A DNA stretch of 64,000 nucleotides from a virus, in the IMG/VR virus record IMGVR_UViG_3300030102_007788, positions 106,407-170,406 of that record. One strand, written 5' to 3'. Below are positions 24,875 to 35,900 of the stretch, piece after piece; the stretch's first letter is position 1, and every line of letters starts with the position of its first letter. The position numbers were made by a program, and so were the translations under genes. The notes beneath the pieces are model-generated. The model searched no databases and had not been told where the DNA came from. It saw nothing but the letters and a program-made list of their open reading frames with translations.

Positions 24875-25805
24875 CTGTAAAATATGTGGAAAAGAGTTTG
24901 AGAAAGATAAAGGCCTTCACTTGCATCTGAAGGCTCATAAAATTTCTGTTAAAGACTATTATCAAAAGCATTATCCTCGATACGATTTACATACAAAAGA
25001 TTTAATAAAATTTAAAAACAAAGAACAGTATTTCTCGGCTGACTTCAACAATAAATCCAATTTAAAATACTGGCTTAAAAAAGCTCCAATAAAAAAAGCG
25101 CAAGAATATTGCCGAAACCTTTTGGAAAAAAGGCGTAAAGAAAAAAATATTGAGTACGCTCCCACTGAGGTTGAGTTAAGAACATTACCTTTCCCTCCCA
25201 TTCCATATTATGAAGTTATATTTGGAGATTACTATAAATTGTGTGAAGATATAGGTTTAAAAAATAAATTGTCTCCATTGCCTAAGAACATGCAGTTTGA
25301 AGAGAATTATACAAAAGATCATTTAATCTATATAGACTCTCGAGAGCAGAAACCTCTAAATATCTCGGATTTTCCAACAGAAGTTAAAGGGCTAAAGTTT
25401 GGAGATTATTGCCTAAACGATAAAAGTAAAACTCATAATACTTATATAGAAAGAAAGTCTGTTCCCGATTTAATTGGTACTCTAAGCTCAGGGCTAGAAA
25501 GGTTTAAGAATGAAATAAACAGAGCAGCCGAAGAGGAGGCCTATATGGTTATCTTGGTAGAAAGGAAGCTTGAAGAATGCTTAGCTTTTAACAGATTAGC
25601 TCACGTCTATAAAAAAAATACAAGAGTAACCCCAGACTTTATTTTTCATAATGTTCGAGACCTTATACAGGAATTTCCCCACATTCAGTTTCTATTTGCT
25701 AATGGTAGAAAAGAGTGCGTAAGGATAGTAAAAAAACTTTTATTGTCTGATGTTTTAAAAGATAAATTTGATTTACAGTTAGCTTATGATTTAGAATTAT
25801 TATAA
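24867..25805 (+). CDS. C2H2 Zn-finger plus ERCC4-type nuclease
   Basis: CKICGK...LHLKAH; IDSREQ, GDY, IERKS..DL. Confidence 0.8.
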   Translation: MASCKICGKEFEKDKGLHLHLKAHKISVKDYYQKHYPRYDLHTKDLIKFKNKEQYFSADFNNKSNLKYWLKKAPIKKAQEYCRNLLEKRRKEKNIEYAPTEVELRTLPFPPIPYYEVIFGDYYKLCEDIGLKNKLSPLPKNMQFEENYTKDHLIYIDSREQKPLNISDFPTEVKGLKFGDYCLNDKSKTHNTYIERKSVPDLIGTLSSGLERFKNEINRAAEEEAYMVILVERKLEECLAFNRLAHVYKKNTRVTPDFIFHNVRDLIQEFPHIQFLFANGRKECVRIVKKLLLSDVLKDKFDLQLAYDLELL

Positions 25806-27637
25806 TGTGGTTTTGTCCAGAAAAATATAATACAACTCTACCAAATTTAAATGAAGAGTTTTCAAAACTTGAAGGAGAGTTGGGAAATAGGCAAGCTAAA
25901 ATCAGTTTGGCTAAATTTTTGCGTCAGAACTTGGGGTTTACAACAGAGCTATTATCTGGGATTAAGCTGGCCCCTTTTCAGGAAATAACTCTCAAAGCAT
26001 TTTTTAATAGAAACTTTAATATGTGCGTGTGGGGTCGTGGCTGTGGTAAAAGTTTCATAGCTGCTGTTTATTGCTTCCTTCAATGTATATTTGAACCACG
26101 TACTAAAATTTTGATTGCTGGCCCTACCTTTCGTACCGCAAGATTTATCTTCAATAATATAGAAAAGATTGTAGAGACTAAAGAGGCGACGATGCTTGCT
26201 CAAGCTTTCGGCGCTAAATCTAAACGCAACGATCAGTTTGAATGGAAGATAAACGAAGGCACAATTACAGCCATCCCCCTTAGCGGAGAAAAGATTCGTG
26301 GTTTCCGTGCTAACATTCTAGTTCTTGATGAGTTTTTGCTACTTCCAGAAGAGACTATTAAAACTGTGCTGATGCCATTCTTGGTTGCTCCACAGGATAT
26401 GGCGGAAAGAATTAAGATCAGGGAAATGGAGGATGAGTTAATATCTAAAGGTAAGATGGAGGAAAAAGATAGAATGGTTTTCCAGAATAACTCTAAGATG
26501 ATTGCTCTGTCTTCAGCTAGTTTTAGCTTTGAAAACTTGTACAAAACTTACAAGGACTGGATGAACAATATCTATTCTGACGACATTCTTCAATCGAACT
26601 ATTTTATATCTCAAATGTCTTTTGATTCTATCCCTCCAGACATGATAGATAGTACTGTAATTGAAGAAGCTCAATCTGGAGGATCCTCTAATTCATCTTT
26701 TCTGCGGGAATATTGCGCTCAGTTTACAGATGGAAGCGATAGTTACTTTAGCGCAAAGAAGATGCATGACTGCACAATTCCTGACGGTGAAAAGCCCAAC
26801 ACCTTGTTGAAAGGTGATAAAGACAAACAATACATTTTAGCAATTGACCCTAGTTTTAGTAACAGTCCAAGCTCTGATTATTTTGCAATGTCTATTCTGG
26901 AGTTAGATGAAGAGTCGATGAATCATTCTACCTTGGTGCATTCTTACGCTGTTGCGGGTGGAGATTTAAAAGATCATATAAAATATTTATATTATGTTGT
27001 TACGCATTTTAACCTAGCGCTAATTATTATTGATAACGCGGGGTATCAGTTCATAGACAGCGCTAATGAATCAGAGCTTTTTACGAGTGCTCGTATAAAC
27101 ATAAAGTTTTTTGACTACAATAGTGATAAATCTGGATTGGATTACGAAAACATGTTGCTAAAAGCCAAGCAGCAATACAACAAGAAAGAAGGGGTTATTT
27201 GTTTTAAGCAGTTGTTTTCTACAACCTTTTTGCGAGAAGCTAACGAATACCTTCAGGCTTCTATCGACCATAAGAGAATTTGGTTTGGCTCAAGAACCGC
27301 CGCTTGCGGTAGCTATTTTGATAAATCGTCTGCTCAAGCGATACCTTTAAAATTTGTTCCACATGAAACAAAAGGTGATTTTATTGAGTTCCAAGACGAC
27401 ATGATTCACCAGACTAAAAAGCAATGCGCTTTGGTTGAGGTGAAAACAACAGCTAAAGGTACTCAGACCTTCGATTTGCCACAGCATTTACGTCGAAGCA
27501 CTTCTGTAAATAGAGCCAGAAAAGATAACTATACCACACTAATGTTGGGTAACTGGGCAGTTAAGGCCTATAATGACATTAAAAATACCAAGCAAGCGGA
27601 AATTAACTATACGTTTACTCCCAAAATGTTCGGTTAA
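25805..27637 (+). CDS. terL: Terminase large subunit
   Basis: Walker A GRGCGKS, Walker B LVLDE, nuclease LAIDPS, RKDNY. Confidence 0.92.
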   Translation: MWFCPEKYNTTLPNLNEEFSKLEGELGNRQAKISLAKFLRQNLGFTTELLSGIKLAPFQEITLKAFFNRNFNMCVWGRGCGKSFIAAVYCFLQCIFEPRTKILIAGPTFRTARFIFNNIEKIVETKEATMLAQAFGAKSKRNDQFEWKINEGTITAIPLSGEKIRGFRANILVLDEFLLLPEETIKTVLMPFLVAPQDMAERIKIREMEDELISKGKMEEKDRMVFQNNSKMIALSSASFSFENLYKTYKDWMNNIYSDDILQSNYFISQMSFDSIPPDMIDSTVIEEAQSGGSSNSSFLREYCAQFTDGSDSYFSAKKMHDCTIPDGEKPNTLLKGDKDKQYILAIDPSFSNSPSSDYFAMSILELDEESMNHSTLVHSYAVAGGDLKDHIKYLYYVVTHFNLALIIIDNAGYQFIDSANESELFTSARINIKFFDYNSDKSGLDYENMLLKAKQQYNKKEGVICFKQLFSTTFLREANEYLQASIDHKRIWFGSRTAACGSYFDKSSAQAIPLKFVPHETKGDFIEFQDDMIHQTKKQCALVEVKTTAKGTQTFDLPQHLRRSTSVNRARKDNYTTLMLGNWAVKAYNDIKNTKQAEINYTFTPKMFG

Positions 27638-27657
27638 GTGTAAAATTAAAGTAAATT

Positions 27658-29535
27658 ATGGCAGTAAGGAAGAAAACGGAACAAGGCGCGGAACCCTTGA
27701 TGGCTATGCATCAATCTAAAGCTAGTCAGACAAGGACTCGTAGAAACGCGGCGGCTGATATTCCGCGTACTGACAGGTTCAGGAACATTGAGAATGGGAT
27801 GATACCATTCAAGTATTCTCATGGTGTCAAAAATAACTCTAATATTGACGTAAGGGATACAATTATCCTATGTCAGAAAGCTTACTACAATTTTTCTGTT
27901 TTTAGAAATACGATAGATCTAATGACGGAGTTCTCAATTAGTGACCTTTACTATACTGGAGGTAGTCGAAAGTCTCGAGAGTTCTTTGACACTCTGTTTA
28001 GAAAGATCAATATCGATGACTTGCAGAGCCGCTTCTTTAGGGAATACTACAGGTCGGGAAATGTTTTTATTCACAGGTTCAATGCAAAAATGGACCGTTC
28101 TGACGCTATCAAAATTAATCAAACTTTTGGATTGGCTGAAGCTTCAGAAGAATTGGAAATACCTTCTAAGTATATCATTTTAAATCCCTCAGACATACAA
28201 CTTCAGGGAAGCATCACATTTAGTACTGGTATCTATTACAAGGTTGTGACTGATTACGAACTACAGAGACTTAGATACCCCCAAACAGAAGAGGACAAAG
28301 AAGTCTATGACAGTCTTCCTGAGGAGACTAAAAAACTTATTCAACAGTCTAAAAATGTAGGGGCAGCGGCAATTACAATTCCCTTAGATGTAGAGAAGCT
28401 GACAGCAATCTTTTACAAGAAGCAAGATTACGAACCGTTTGCAGTTCCTATGGGTTATCCAGTGTTGGAAGATATCAACTGGAAGCAGGAAATGAAGCAG
28501 ATGGACATGGCTGTAGCTAGAACTACTAATCAAGCCATTCTCTTGATCACCATGGGCGCTAAACCCGCGGATGGTGGTGTCAACCAACAGAACTTGATGG
28601 CAATGCAGAAGTTATTTGAAAACGAATCTGTAGGCCGCGTTTTGATTTCGGATTATACAACTGATGCTAAGTTTATTATTCCAGACATAGGGAATATCCT
28701 AGACCCAAGAAAGTACGATGTCGTAAATCAAGACATTCAAATGGGGCTAAATAACATTTTGCTTAGCGATGAAAAATTTGCAAATAGTAGCATAAAAGTT
28801 CAGGTCTTTATGGAAAGACTTAAACAGGGTAGGAGAGTTTTCCTTGAGAATTTCTTAATGCCTGAAATTCGCCGTATTTCAAAAGAGATGGGTTTTAAGA
28901 ACTATCCCAGAGCTCATTTTGAGGACGTAGACCTAAGAGACACTTCAGTTTACTCTAGAATTTATAGCCGGTTAATTGAGCTTGGAGTTCTTACTCCAGA
29001 GGAAGGTATTCAGGCTATTGAGTCTGGCCGCTTCCCGACGGAAGAAGAGTCCTTGGAGTCTCAGTATAAGTTTAAGGAGTTGAGGAATGAAGGTTTATAC
29101 GAACCGATTATTGGCGGCGCTAAGGGTGCTCAAATGAACGGTAGGCCTGCGGCCAGTAACAAACCCAAGGAAACGGATACTAAAACTCCAATCGGAACTA
29201 AAGCCGCGAAGACTCATTTTAGTTTATCTAGAATTCAAGAGAACTTAAGTCTATCTGATAAGCTCAACCTAGAGGTCGAATCGTCATTGAGGCAATTACA
29301 TAATCGGAAAAGGTTAAGTAAACAGCAAAAGGAAATTGCAAAAGAGATTACTAACATTGTGATCGCTAACGAAGATCCTGAAAACTGGTTAGCAAAAGCT
29401 GGCAGGTATGCCGCTGAACCCACCGACAGAAACCATGAAAGGGTTAATAAAGTTCAAGGTGTTGCTCTAGAGCATCAAGTTGATGACTTTTTAGCCGGAA
29501 TACTGTATGCAAGCGTTTATGAAGGAGATAAGTAA
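27658..29535 (+). CDS. Portal protein
   Basis: Follows TerL; RNTIDLM.EF, FREYYRSGNVF, GRP C-terminal tail. Confidence 0.8.
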   Translation: MAVRKKTEQGAEPLMAMHQSKASQTRTRRNAAADIPRTDRFRNIENGMIPFKYSHGVKNNSNIDVRDTIILCQKAYYNFSVFRNTIDLMTEFSISDLYYTGGSRKSREFFDTLFRKINIDDLQSRFFREYYRSGNVFIHRFNAKMDRSDAIKINQTFGLAEASEELEIPSKYIILNPSDIQLQGSITFSTGIYYKVVTDYELQRLRYPQTEEDKEVYDSLPEETKKLIQQSKNVGAAAITIPLDVEKLTAIFYKKQDYEPFAVPMGYPVLEDINWKQEMKQMDMAVARTTNQAILLITMGAKPADGGVNQQNLMAMQKLFENESVGRVLISDYTTDAKFIIPDIGNILDPRKYDVVNQDIQMGLNNILLSDEKFANSSIKVQVFMERLKQGRRVFLENFLMPEIRRISKEMGFKNYPRAHFEDVDLRDTSVYSRIYSRLIELGVLTPEEGIQAIESGRFPTEEESLESQYKFKELRNEGLYEPIIGGAKGAQMNGRPAASNKPKETDTKTPIGTKAAKTHFSLSRIQENLSLSDKLNLEVESSLRQLHNRKRLSKQQKEIAKEITNIVIANEDPENWLAKAGRYAAEPTDRNHERVNKVQGVALEHQVDDFLAGILYASVYEGDK

Positions 29536-30971
29536 TGGCAAGGCCAACTGTAATTTACAACTGTCAGGCCTTATTTGTAGGACCTGCGCCTGAAAGCGAT
29601 TATAATTTTTTTGATTATAATGGTGGCCCAGCCACTAATGACCATACCCCGCTTGTTCAAAAAATAAATAGGCTAGCGCCGATAGACAGGGTGCAATCTG
29701 TTAGCTATCAGATAAATGTACCCCATACAGATATATTACAATTAAACCAAAGAGGTATTGTAGATCGCCCAATCATTAATCACCCTACTGTAGATTTGTC
29801 TTTTGATTATTTATTGTGCGGAACGAAAAACGAAGCTAGGCTTGGGTTTAATGTAAACTATCCTTTGTATCATTTTCCCTACTCCGGTCAATCGTACTAT
29901 ACATCTAATAATGATGTATCTTTATTGAGTGGATTTTTTGAAGAAAGCAAACAGAAAACCAGTCAAAGAATTTGGGAAAAATTTCCTGTAAATCAATATC
30001 GGGATTGTAAAAATATATATCTTGTAGTCAATCAGGACGGTAATGATATAAATAAATTTTATCAAAAAGAAGATTTTTTATCCCCCGACCTTTACCAATC
30101 AATTGACCCCAACGCTCCAAATTATCATGTGATATCTTTTGGAAATTGTTATATAAATAGCTATTCCACAGATGGTTCAGTGGGGCAGATTCCAAAAGCC
30201 TCCGCATCATTTTCTGCTTACAATGTTAATTTTGACATGAATGGAAGCGGTTTTCAAGCGCCGGGAATAGAGACTAAAAGCGGAACTATATCACCTGAAA
30301 AAGATGTAGTTATACCCAGAGTTTTAGCAGATGAGGGATACGCGGCTTTAAAACCCGGAGACATAACTTTAACGACAGATTCTTTTTCGGGGCTTGGAGT
30401 TGATTTTAATAAACTTCATATACAGGGATATGACATCTCCTTAGATTTTAATAGAGAGCCATTAAATAGCTTAGGGTACAAATTTCCATTAGATAATAAA
30501 GCTACTAGTCCGATTATGGTTAATCTCTCTATAGATGGAATAGTAGAATCAGGAAATAGTGGATCTTTAGTGGATTTGATATCCATAAACAGTGGATACG
30601 ATTTTACAATTAAAGTAGATCCAGATGGGTGTCCCAAAAGAACTACAGCGCCTATTAACGCAGGAACTATACCAATTAATACTGAAGTGGAAAGTTTAAG
30701 ATACACGTTTCTAGGAGCAAAACTTAATGACTTTAGTTATAATACAAACATTGGGGATAATAAAACCTTTAATGCTTCTTTTTCAGTAGAGGCTAACCCC
30801 AACCCTAATTACTTAAACAGCGGGTTCTTTATGAGTGGGGTTTTAGGGATGGAGAAAGTGGAGGATTTCATATTGTTAGAAGGTACTGCCAATGGTACAG
30901 ATCAAGACGGCTATTACCTACAGCAAGAAACAAACGATTTATTAGTAACAAACCTAATTCCACCGTATTAA
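29535..30971 (+). CDS. Putative tail tube/structural protein
   Basis: Beta-rich, RVQSVSY, REPL..LG pattern, position in the module. Confidence 0.55.
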   Translation: MARPTVIYNCQALFVGPAPESDYNFFDYNGGPATNDHTPLVQKINRLAPIDRVQSVSYQINVPHTDILQLNQRGIVDRPIINHPTVDLSFDYLLCGTKNEARLGFNVNYPLYHFPYSGQSYYTSNNDVSLLSGFFEESKQKTSQRIWEKFPVNQYRDCKNIYLVVNQDGNDINKFYQKEDFLSPDLYQSIDPNAPNYHVISFGNCYINSYSTDGSVGQIPKASASFSAYNVNFDMNGSGFQAPGIETKSGTISPEKDVVIPRVLADEGYAALKPGDITLTTDSFSGLGVDFNKLHIQGYDISLDFNREPLNSLGYKFPLDNKATSPIMVNLSIDGIVESGNSGSLVDLISINSGYDFTIKVDPDGCPKRTTAPINAGTIPINTEVESLRYTFLGAKLNDFSYNTNIGDNKTFNASFSVEANPNPNYLNSGFFMSGVLGMEKVEDFILLEGTANGTDQDGYYLQQETNDLLVTNLIPPY

Positions 30972-31002
30972 ACAGTGTATAATAAAGGTAAGGTAAAAGG
31001 AT

Positions 31003-31962
31003 ATGGCAAATAAAAAAATATCTCAGTTAGTAGGAATAGGAACGAGTTCAACAGTTAGTGGCACGTTCCTTTTACCTGTTGGGGCAGGCTCCTCTTCAGG
31101 GCCGTACACAACCAACAAAATAACGACTTCAGAATTAGCTTCTTATATATTTACAGGAGACAGCGGTGGGGGAGGTTTTCCCGCAACAGCTTTATCCGGA
31201 CAGAAGGATGTATATTTCAATAACCCAAACTATCAAAATACTACCGCTGCCGCTGACGGGGTAGATTATGCATACTTAATGTTGAAAACTTCTAATGGGC
31301 TACTTACCACAGGAAGTGGTATAGCCCGCCCAGTGGGAGGTGACAATCTAGGAAATCATACTGCAACCACAACGTTAAACATGCAGGATAATATAATTAA
31401 TAACGTTGGGCAGTCAATTAATTTTCAAGACGGCGGAAATGTAGGGAGTACTGCATCTGAAATTTCTATAGCACATGGGACAAAGATAAGATTGGATGCT
31501 CCAACCGTACAGTTAGGAGACGCAGATAACGTAACGGTTAATGGGTCGTTTAGCGCAAGGTCTGCTGATTTTGCTGGCGCAATTACAGGAGATTCCCTAG
31601 AGGTTCAAGGGGCTTCTTATCATAACGTAACTGCTCTAAGCAGTAACACTATAGATTGGAGAGATGGAAATATACAGCATAGAACTATTAATCAAAATAC
31701 TTCAATGACTTTTCAGGCGAATACTCTCAAAGAGGGCCAAACGCTTACTCTATATGTAGAAAATAGTGACACGGACCCTCACACAATTTATTTTAGATCC
31801 GGAGCAAATACTGGGAACGTTTTGTTTCCACCCATGCCCGAAAGTGTCAAACATGTAGTAAATTCTACGCCGGGTATTTCCGGAAGAAAAACTAACGTTT
31901 ATACTTTTGTTAATATTCATACAGGCATATTTGCTTCATCGGTAACAGGATACGTATACTAA
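31003..31962 (+). CDS. Virion structural protein
   Basis: MANKKISQL start, GDNLGNH motif, beta-rich C-terminal domain. Confidence 0.65.
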   Translation: MANKKISQLVGIGTSSTVSGTFLLPVGAGSSSGPYTTNKITTSELASYIFTGDSGGGGFPATALSGQKDVYFNNPNYQNTTAAADGVDYAYLMLKTSNGLLTTGSGIARPVGGDNLGNHTATTTLNMQDNIINNVGQSINFQDGGNVGSTASEISIAHGTKIRLDAPTVQLGDADNVTVNGSFSARSADFAGAITGDSLEVQGASYHNVTALSSNTIDWRDGNIQHRTINQNTSMTFQANTLKEGQTLTLYVENSDTDPHTIYFRSGANTGNVLFPPMPESVKHVVNSTPGISGRKTNVYTFVNIHTGIFASSVTGYVY

Positions 31963-32945
31963 TGAGTGTTAATTTCCCAACGGCATTTTGGAAAAATCAA
32001 CCTGCAGAGTCAGAAACTTCTAACCCTGTAGAAAATACTATTATTACTTGGGATAAAAAACTTTATTATGGATCTAGCTATGGAACACCTGAGGATTTAA
32101 ATTCTGTAGATTTTGCTGATGCTGGATTACAAACCACGACAACCTTTCCTTTTAATGACTATAGTGTTGATGGGGAAAACAACCCAAATGGAACGAATTT
32201 TTATCCTGAGTATATTGTTGATGTAATTCCTAGTGAGAGTAATGCAAATGATGTTTACTTTGGTTGGTATTTAAACGAAACTGCCAACAATGTTGGTTAT
32301 AACCCTGCTAATATATTAAGCAGATACCATAGAGCGGACCCTTTTATAGTGTCCGCAGATACTCAAGAAATAAATTTATTTTTTGAAACTGATTACGATA
32401 CTGCTTACGAATTATATTGGGTGCAGTATGAGAACAATTATCCCAATGAAGAAGGTAAGGGTTATTTTAACCGTTTTGTACAAAGTGGTTATGCTGAAGG
32501 AACTTTTTCTTTACAGTCTAACGCTACTCTTGAAATTAAAGCATCGGGGTTAGGGGAAGTGGACCCATCGAGTGATGACTTTGATCAATTGCAACTTTAC
32601 TTAAATAATAATTTAATTTGTAAAGGTAAAGCTCCGCAAAACAATTACAATAACAGGCAGTGGGATATGGATCATTCGAAATTTACAAATAGTGCTGGGA
32701 ATCCGGACCCTTCAAGCCCCGGCAACAGGTTTGATCGCTCAACTAATATCAATGGTGGTAATGGTGAAGAAATAGATAATGTGGTTAACCAATACGAAAG
32801 AACACTGTATGTGAAAAGTAGCGCGCAATTTTCTACTAGTGTTAACTTAACAGCGGGAAATCACACTATAAAAATATATTACAACACAAATGATGGATTG
32901 TGGAATAGTGGGGCTTTTTACGGAACTAAATTTACCTTTTCATAA
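31962..32945 (+). CDS. Putative structural protein
   Basis: Coupled to neighbours; N/Y/D-rich beta-sandwich-like sequence. Confidence 0.6.
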   Translation: MSVNFPTAFWKNQPAESETSNPVENTIITWDKKLYYGSSYGTPEDLNSVDFADAGLQTTTTFPFNDYSVDGENNPNGTNFYPEYIVDVIPSESNANDVYFGWYLNETANNVGYNPANILSRYHRADPFIVSADTQEINLFFETDYDTAYELYWVQYENNYPNEEGKGYFNRFVQSGYAEGTFSLQSNATLEIKASGLGEVDPSSDDFDQLQLYLNNNLICKGKAPQNNYNNRQWDMDHSKFTNSAGNPDPSSPGNRFDRSTNINGGNGEEIDNVVNQYERTLYVKSSAQFSTSVNLTAGNHTIKIYYNTNDGLWNSGAFYGTKFTFS

Positions 32946-32947
32946 TT

Positions 32948-35900
32948 ATGGCAATTACGAGATACGCAGGAGATAGATTTACGACAAACAGCTCGGATAC
33001 AAAACCGACAGGTGTTCTCGATGGGGCGTATCTTATTGATACTGGGAACTTGACCCAGTGGGTGAGGAGAACGGTAGGTGGCAGCTCCCAATGGAATCAA
33101 TTAGCTGGCGGCGGAGGTGGAGGAGGCACTCCCGGCGGCGCGAATACTCAGGTTCAGTTTAATAACGCAGGGGCTTTCGGCGGGAATGCCAATTTAACTT
33201 TTGACGGCAGTAAGCTTGCCGTAAACGATCTTGCTTTAAGTGGAATAATTTATGATTCCAACAACTCTATTGGTAATGGGGGTATGGTTCTTACTAACGA
33301 GGGAACAACCGGCGTTAATTGGAAAAGTATTGAATCTGTTTTATCCGGCGTTGGAGGTTCCGGCGTTGCTAATTATGTAGCTCGTTGGTCTGATGAGGAT
33401 ACTATAACAACTGGAGTTTTAGTTGATGATGCGACGAATGTTGGTATAGGTACAGCTAGTCCACAACGGTTACTTGCTATAAAAGGGGACTCTAAACATT
33501 TTGGAGCTTACGCTACTGACGATAGTCTTTCTGCTTTATTAGGAACCGATGCTAATGGAGATGGTCAGCTATTGTTAGCAGACCTTAATGGAACCACAAA
33601 AATTCTTCTTGAAGCTGAGGCTGACGCTAACAGCTACATAAATAATGGCGGTAATTTTGGTTTAGGCACAGCTGCTCCTGCTGCCCCGCTAGACGTCCAA
33701 TCTGCCAATGGGTCTAGCGTTGGCATCAGGGTGACTGATGGCCATAAAATGCAGTTTTTAAATAGCTCTAATAACACTAACTCAAATATATATAATAATG
33801 GAGCGTCAGGATTAGCTCAATTAGCTTTTCAAATTGCGGGAGCGACTAAAGTAACTATAATCAATGACGGAAATGTTGGCATAGGAACTACTGCTCCTAC
33901 TGGTTTATTATCTTTAGCCAAAGGAACTCGCACACTAGATTTCAAATTGGAAACTAGTCCAGCAACCGGGGACATGGGCGTGCAGATTAGAGCGGGTAGC
34001 GGAGACTATATAGGCTTGGCTGGTGGAGGTGGAACGGGAGTAGGCTTAGTTGTAGACTCAGCTAATCAAGCTGGTTTTGGTACAGGTACTTTTGGTTCTA
34101 ATAATGTCCTAACAATTACAAACGTAGGTAATAATGCATCCTATTCTGCTATCGCTCTTGGTACAGCTACAACGGGTCACGGTAATAGTGAGGGATATTG
34201 GATAGGGATGCTAGAGAATGGTCAAGCTTACCTTTGGAATTACGAGAATCGGCATATCTTATTTGGCGCAAATAATGCCGAGAGAATGCGTATTACCTCT
34301 GTAGGTAATCTTGGCATAGGCCTAACTGTTCCCCTTAATAGACTTCAGGTTATGCCTTCTACTTCTGGGGGGAACGCTTCTAACGCATCAGAAGATGCTG
34401 CATATTTTGGAGGAAATGAGCTTGGAGGTATAGGTGGTTATACAGGAATACGTTTAGGAGGTTTTGGTGCAAGTGGCTACGGAACTTATATACGTTCAGT
34501 TAAAACCTCTGCTTACGGAGGTTACTGGAATGAGGCGATAACTTTTAGTGTTACCCGAACCGGCACTTCAAGCACGGTAGATGAGGCGATGCGTATTACA
34601 GCTGACAGTAATGTTGGCATAGGAACAACTGCTCCAGCTACAAAATTTCATGTAGAAGACTCAACCGCGAATACTACTGCCACTAAAATAACAGTTCAAG
34701 GCGGAAGTCGAGGATTTACTTTAGGAAAAGCTCACACTGCTGATAATTATCAACACTTAAAACCTATAACTGATACTGCTATGGCATTGAGGGTCATGCC
34801 AAATGGCACTACAGCTAGGGAGGCGTATGTTGAAGTCTGGAACAAGGATTTTGAAAACGGCGCTAACTCTACCTCTTGGCATAGAGGAATGTTCTATATT
34901 GATGCGTCCAATGATGTCTATCTTCGCGCAGATGGGCTTGGAACAGCTGGAAGAGTTTATATAGGCACAGAGAATAATACTCAAACCCTTACTGTTAAAG
35001 ATGACGGTAATGTTGGTATAGGTACAACAGGTCCTGATTCGAAGTTAGAAATCTCAGGTGGAAGCTACAATTCATCACTTAAAATAAAAGGCTCGGGTGC
35101 TGAGACAGGAATACAGTTTGAAGATAGCGCGGGTAATACAGATGGTTATATATATGCAAACGGTGGCATGGTAGGGTTTTTAGACGCAGGTACCCATTGG
35201 ACAATTCAATGTAAGGATGATGATTATATCAAATTTCTCACAAATAACGGTACTGAGCATATGCGTATTACCTCTGTTGGTAATGTTGGCATAGGCACAG
35301 ATAACCCCACTGGTAAATTACAAATAGGCGCTAATTATACAATACCGGGAACTGCATATGGCGGTAATGATATTTATATCGCCAACACAGGTAGCCACAG
35401 CGACTACGATCCTTATGTTACTAATACTGATGATTTCAGAGCATTAATTACTATTTCAGATGCAACTACGGAAGGCCCAACAAAACCCGGTTTAATATTA
35501 TACAATGACTCTACTACCGCAGGCGGGTTCTCCCCGATGCTTCTTTTCGCAAAAAGGGAAACTGGATCTAGTCCTTATAAGGCGGCGACGGCAGCTATTT
35601 ATGCTAGATCACCATTAGGTACGGGGAATGGCGATGGTTGGATTGATGGTGAATTAATTTTTGCAACGGCTGGTGCTGCGACGCAAGGCATCCGGCAAAG
35701 AATGGTTATTAATAAAGAGGGCCTTGTAGGTATAGGTACAAATAATCCGGGTCAAAATTTACAAATTCATCAGGCCGACAGTGACGTTAACTATCTTGAA
35801 TTTACCAACACTACTGCAACTACAGGGACTCTTGTGGGTTTAAACGCAGCCGAGGAATTTATACTTTGGCATAGGCACGATTCGGATATGGTTTTCGCTA

